From Trichormus sp. ATA11-4-KO1 (GTDB lineage: Bacteria; Cyanobacteriota; Cyanobacteriia; Cyanobacteriales; Nostocaceae), in assembly GCA_019358915.1 (NCBI GenBank), contig JAHHIM010000064.1:1-13432 (forward strand): a stretch of 13,432 nucleotides of DNA. Reading direction: 5' to 3'. The notes beneath the pieces were generated by a model. The model was given only the letters and a program-made list of their open reading frames with translations. It did no database searches and had not been told where the DNA came from. Both the position numbers and the translations under genes were made by a program. The first letter of the stretch is position 1, and the number at the start of each line of letters is the position of its first letter. Shown here in pieces: positions 11,925 to 13,432 of the stretch.

Positions 11925-13055
11925 TTAAGTAGGCGGTTTTGCAGGTAAGGCTTCTGGTTGGACGGCGATCGCCTGTCGGCTACCATTACGATTGATGATA
12001 ATTTGGATGGTCTCGCCAATATTGGTAGCTTCTACTTGTTTTTGCACTTGTTGAGTGTTTTGAATAGTTTCGTCATTGATGCTTTCAATGATGTCACCGG
12101 GACGTAAACCGGCACGGAAGGCAGGTGAATTGCGGGCAACCCCGAGAATAATTACACCTGTATCCTGATTAATTTTAATACCAGCATCACTCTGATTAAT
12201 TTTTGCTCGCAATTCTGGATTCAATTGCGCCATTTGAATCCCGATATATGGGTGATCTACTCTTCCTTGAGTGATCAGTTGTGCTGTAATTCGTTGAGCC
12301 GTGTTGATGGGAATGGCAAAGCCTAACCCTTGCGCTCCTTGGATGATGGCGGTGTTCATCCCAATCACTTCTCCTTGGGCATTTAGTAAAGGGCCGCCAG
12401 AGTTACCTGGATTAATTGCCGCATCAGTTTGAATAAAGTCAACTCGTTCTGTAGGCACACCTAGATCAGCAACAGAACGCTGTGTAGCGCTGATAATTCC
12501 TTGAGTAACAGTATTGTCGAGTCCTAAGGGGTTACCAATAGCGATCGCCCATTCTCCTGGCCTTAAATTATCTGAGTTACCCAGCTTGGCTGTTGGCAAT
12601 CCAGTTGCTTTGATTCTTACAACAGCAACATCGGTTACAGGATCAGCACCTACCACATTGCCCTGAAAACGGCGACCATCTTTTAAGACAACTGTGACAT
12701 TATCCGCACCTGCTACCACATGGGCATTAGTATATATTAATCCATCGGCAGTGGTTATAAACCCTGAGCCGACACCCCGTTGTACTTGTTCTTGACTAGG
12801 TAACTGTCCCCTAAAAAACCTATCTAAAAGTGGGTCTGGGGATATTTCAACAGTGCGAGTAGAGTCGATGCGTACCACGGCAGGGCCTACCTGCTGGACA
12901 ACCCGAGTCACATAATTGATATCAGTATTTGTGGTTGTTTGAGCTAGTAGGTTTGGGACTAGTGGTTGTTGAGGATTCCTCACATCTCTGGCGGGGATGC
13001 ATCCAGTCGCTAGCAAAACTAGGTAAAGTACAGGTTGCGAGAAAAGTCTTTTCAT
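11925..13055 (-). CDS. HtrA/DegP-family (HhoA/HhoB-like) serine protease with one PDZ domain, putative lipoprotein
   Basis: Catalytic triad in TNAHVV, TDVAVV and QTDAAINPGNSGGPL; C-terminal PDZ; lipobox LATGC. Confidence 0.95.
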   Translation of the reverse strand: MKRLFSQPVLYLVLLATGCIPARDVRNPQQPLVPNLLAQTTTNTDINYVTRVVQQVGPAVVRIDSTRTVEISPDPLLDRFFRGQLPSQEQVQRGVGSGFITTADGLIYTNAHVVAGADNVTVVLKDGRRFQGNVVGADPVTDVAVVRIKATGLPTAKLGNSDNLRPGEWAIAIGNPLGLDNTVTQGIISATQRSVADLGVPTERVDFIQTDAAINPGNSGGPLLNAQGEVIGMNTAIIQGAQGLGFAIPINTAQRITAQLITQGRVDHPYIGIQMAQLNPELRAKINQSDAGIKINQDTGVIILGVARNSPAFRAGLRPGDIIESINDETIQNTQQVQKQVEATNIGETIQIIINRNGSRQAIAVQPEALPAKPPT

Positions 13056-13222
13056 AAGCTAATGCGATCGCCAAACTTGGTAAAATCGCTGCTTTGGTAC
13101 TGGGGATTGGGGAACTCAAGGAATCCCATCGTCAACTGCCCTTGTGTTTTACCATACTCAGTGCTGAGTAATAACAAGAGGAAGGAAACACTTTCGCACT
13201 TGGTACAAGCAACGCGAATTGT

Positions 13223-13245
13223 GGTCACTGAGCCTTGCCGAAGTG
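13223..13245. repeat. Short dispersed repeat GGTCACTGAGCCTTGCCGAAGTG
   Basis: Resembles the Nostocales CTGAGC-nnn-GYCGAAG short repeat family (from memory). Single copy in this window. Confidence 0.5.
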
Positions 13246-13306
13246 TGGGCGGTCTTTTAACTCAGCACTTTTCATATTCTATTTTAGTCATCACGGTTCA
13301 AGCAAT

Positions 13307-13432
13307 GGTAGTAATGCATAGTAATGATAAAATAAGGAAGTGTTGTTCAATACTGGAACCATGCTTTGCCCTGAATGCAACTCAAACAACATTGTGAAAA
13401 ATGGACACACTCACTACGGGAAACAACGGTTC
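13307..13432 (+). mobile_element. Left end of an IS1-family element; InsA-like ORF from 13361 runs off the window
   Basis: The ATG at 13361 reads MLCPECNSNNIVKNGHTHYGKQRF (CPxCxS..IVKNG....GKQRF zinc ribbon). Candidate terminus GGTAGTAATGCA at 13307. Confidence 0.85.

Overview
Heterocystous-type cyanobacterial (Nostocales-like) DNA, judged from about 15 HIP1 (GCGATCGC) sites and Nostoc-type short repeats. Left to right: the end of an IS701-like element, a frameshifted and truncated IS5/IS702-like transposase, a small hypothetical gene, and a cobalamin riboswitch ahead of cobG-cobH-cobI, which ends at an IS110 remnant. Next is a minus-strand operon (about 7555->4284) that is the most unusual part of the window. 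It encodes a 66-aa ubiquitin/MoaD-like protein, a basic 241-aa hypothetical protein and a divergent TROVE/Ro60-like vWA protein. These genes are interleaved with four copies of a covarying structured RNA module, two of which carry whole tRNA-like cloverleaves. One of those two is itself nested in the anticodon arm of a second, outer tRNA-like fold. The right part holds a DUF2459-like gene, a lipoprotein Mn-SOD, a phage-holin-family membrane protein, a Cys-rich membrane protein, an M50/CBS site-2 protease, an HtrA protease and the start of an IS1 element. All family assignments come from reading motifs by eye; no database searches were run.
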